Assembly: GCA_048013815.1 (NCBI GenBank)
Contig: CM106586.1
Coordinates: 14,074,001 to 14,137,868, forward strand
Source of the DNA: Setoptus koraiensis
Lineage: Eukaryota; Animalia; Arthropoda
Reading direction: 5' to 3'
Length of the DNA stretch: 63,868 bases
Position 1 is the first letter of the stretch, and each line of letters begins with the position of its first letter. Shown here piece by piece: positions 62,665 through 63,868 of this stretch. A program made the position numbers and the translations under genes. Under the pieces are notes generated by a model. That model was not told where the DNA came from. It worked only from the letters and a program-made list of their open reading frames with translations, and did not search any database.

Positions 62665-63006
62665 ATGACAGGACCCATCAAATGCGACGTGAATCAAAAT
62701 GATCGTTCGTCGAACGACGGCACCATTTTAGCTAAAGACGAAATATTGATTGTTCACGGACAAGTCAGCTATATGCAAAAAGTTGCACTCATTATACTAG
62801 GCAGCATTCTGATTCTAGTTGTCTTGTCATCTGTGATACATGCAATTGTCATGTTTATTAGCCACGAACAAGCTACATACAACTTCGAAAATACGGCTGG
62901 TAGTAACGCTACCAGCAAGATGATTATTGTTGACGCCGGCAACTCAAGTGTTCATCTCAGAAGTGTCATGTCAGCTTCCTCCAGTCACTGGAGGAAACTG
63001 ACATGA
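62665..63006 (+). CDS. Possible small single-pass membrane protein (113 aa from ATG 62665), function unknown
   Basis: Non-repetitive ORF with a hydrophobic stretch (VALIILGSILILVVLSSVIHAIVMFI) followed by N-glycosylation sequons (NAT, NSS). It ends inside the palindrome. No confident homology. Confidence 0.25.
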   Translation: MTGPIKCDVNQNDRSSNDGTILAKDEILIVHGQVSYMQKVALIILGSILILVVLSSVIHAIVMFISHEQATYNFENTAGSNATSKMIIVDAGNSSVHLRSVMSASSSHWRKLT

Positions 63007-63011
63007 CACTT
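62961..63011. repeat. 51-bp near-perfect palindrome (25-bp arms, 1 mismatch, 1-nt loop)
   Basis: AAGTGTCATGTCAGCTTCCTCCAGT-C-ACTGGAGGAAACTGACATGACACTT. Confidence 0.95.
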
Positions 63012-63868
63012 GATGCTCCGATAGAGTAATGGCCATCGCTACTACCGCTAACAAGACGTGCATTACCGGTCGGACCCGCCCCGTGGTTCCGACCGGTAAG
63101 GTTGGTTGCTGTGGTTGTCGCTGCTGCTGTCGATGACGCTGGCGTGCATTGCGCGTCTGGTTCTGCTGCTGGTTTTGCTACTGGTTTTGCTGCTGCTGGT
63201 TGTCTCATAGAGAGATTGCGACGGTCTGGGCATAGTAGCCACCCACGCCTCTCATGAGGCAGCAGCAAGAGCCACAGGAACAGCGACCACAGCAGAAACA
63301 ACAACAGAGACTTCTATGGAGATAGGAGATATCCCGGAGCAGCAGCAGCAGCAATAGCATCACCACAATTGCTACTATTACTATTATCACTATTACTATT
63401 ATCACTATTGCTATTATCACCATTACTATTATTATTGTTATTACTATTAGCATCACTATTAATAAAAAAACATTTAACGAGCTTGCCCGGCCCATCTTCG
63501 TTATTAGAGTGATCTAGACACAAAGAAAACATCATCAATTATTGCAGAAATCTGGAATTTCCCGGGGAAATGAAAAGAGTTTTCTTGCTCCCCAGAAACA
63601 GCCGAGTTCAACCAGCTACATGGCATGTGGATCGGCGCGTCATGGTTGGGAAGGTTTCCCTGTAAGAGAACATGATAAATAGGCCATGCTTGATTCCAGT
63701 TTCCAATAGTGGGGGCTCCAAGTACTGAATTAATTAAATTCTTCACAGCAAATTTTTCTATCTCAGTGCAGACAAGGAGTCTGCTATAAGTTTCTACCAT
63801 TGCAGGTGAGAGGTGAAGTTTTTGGTTTCCTTGACCTCCTTGAGCCATTTTTACTATCTGAGAAATTA

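Noticed and set aside
63205-63495. Minus-strand hydrophobic plus Cys-rich 96-aa ORF
   Set aside because: The hydrophobic and Cys runs come from (ATT/ACT)n and (CAG/CAA)n repeats, and alternative frames are equally open.

Overview
This is eukaryotic, arthropod-like genomic DNA; CpG is abundant and there are no prokaryotic features. A mite with intron-poor genes is my guess (inference, not shown by the sequence). Three genes are supported. (1) A minus-strand ZNF395/ZNF704/SLC2A4RG-family (Glut4EF-like) gene: one large coding exon at 52700-50868 ends at a GTGAGT donor. I found no further recognisable exon to its left, so 1-50867 is most simply one intron of at least 50.8 kb. (2) A plus-strand two-finger GATA4/5/6-class factor (55301-55501 + 55758-56804), head-to-head with gene 1. 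(3) A full-length nitric oxide synthase in a single 4.1 kb ORF (57900-62015), with a very short C-terminal tail and several insertions. The most interesting signal is inside the giant intron. Two textbook zero-length-exon sites (CTAAY branch point, pyrimidine tract, YAG|GTAA) lie in the sense orientation at 28349 and 7184 and cut the intron into segments of about 22.5 and 21.2 kb, which is the signature of recursive splicing. The intron is also rich in PAR-bZIP/C/EBP sites (about 50 by hand count), CAGCTG and paired CAGGTG E-boxes, and short tandem duplications that multiply these motifs. Most ORFs in 1-50 kb are repeat artefacts. All motif counts are by eye and approximate, and family assignments come from recalled motifs, not database searches.
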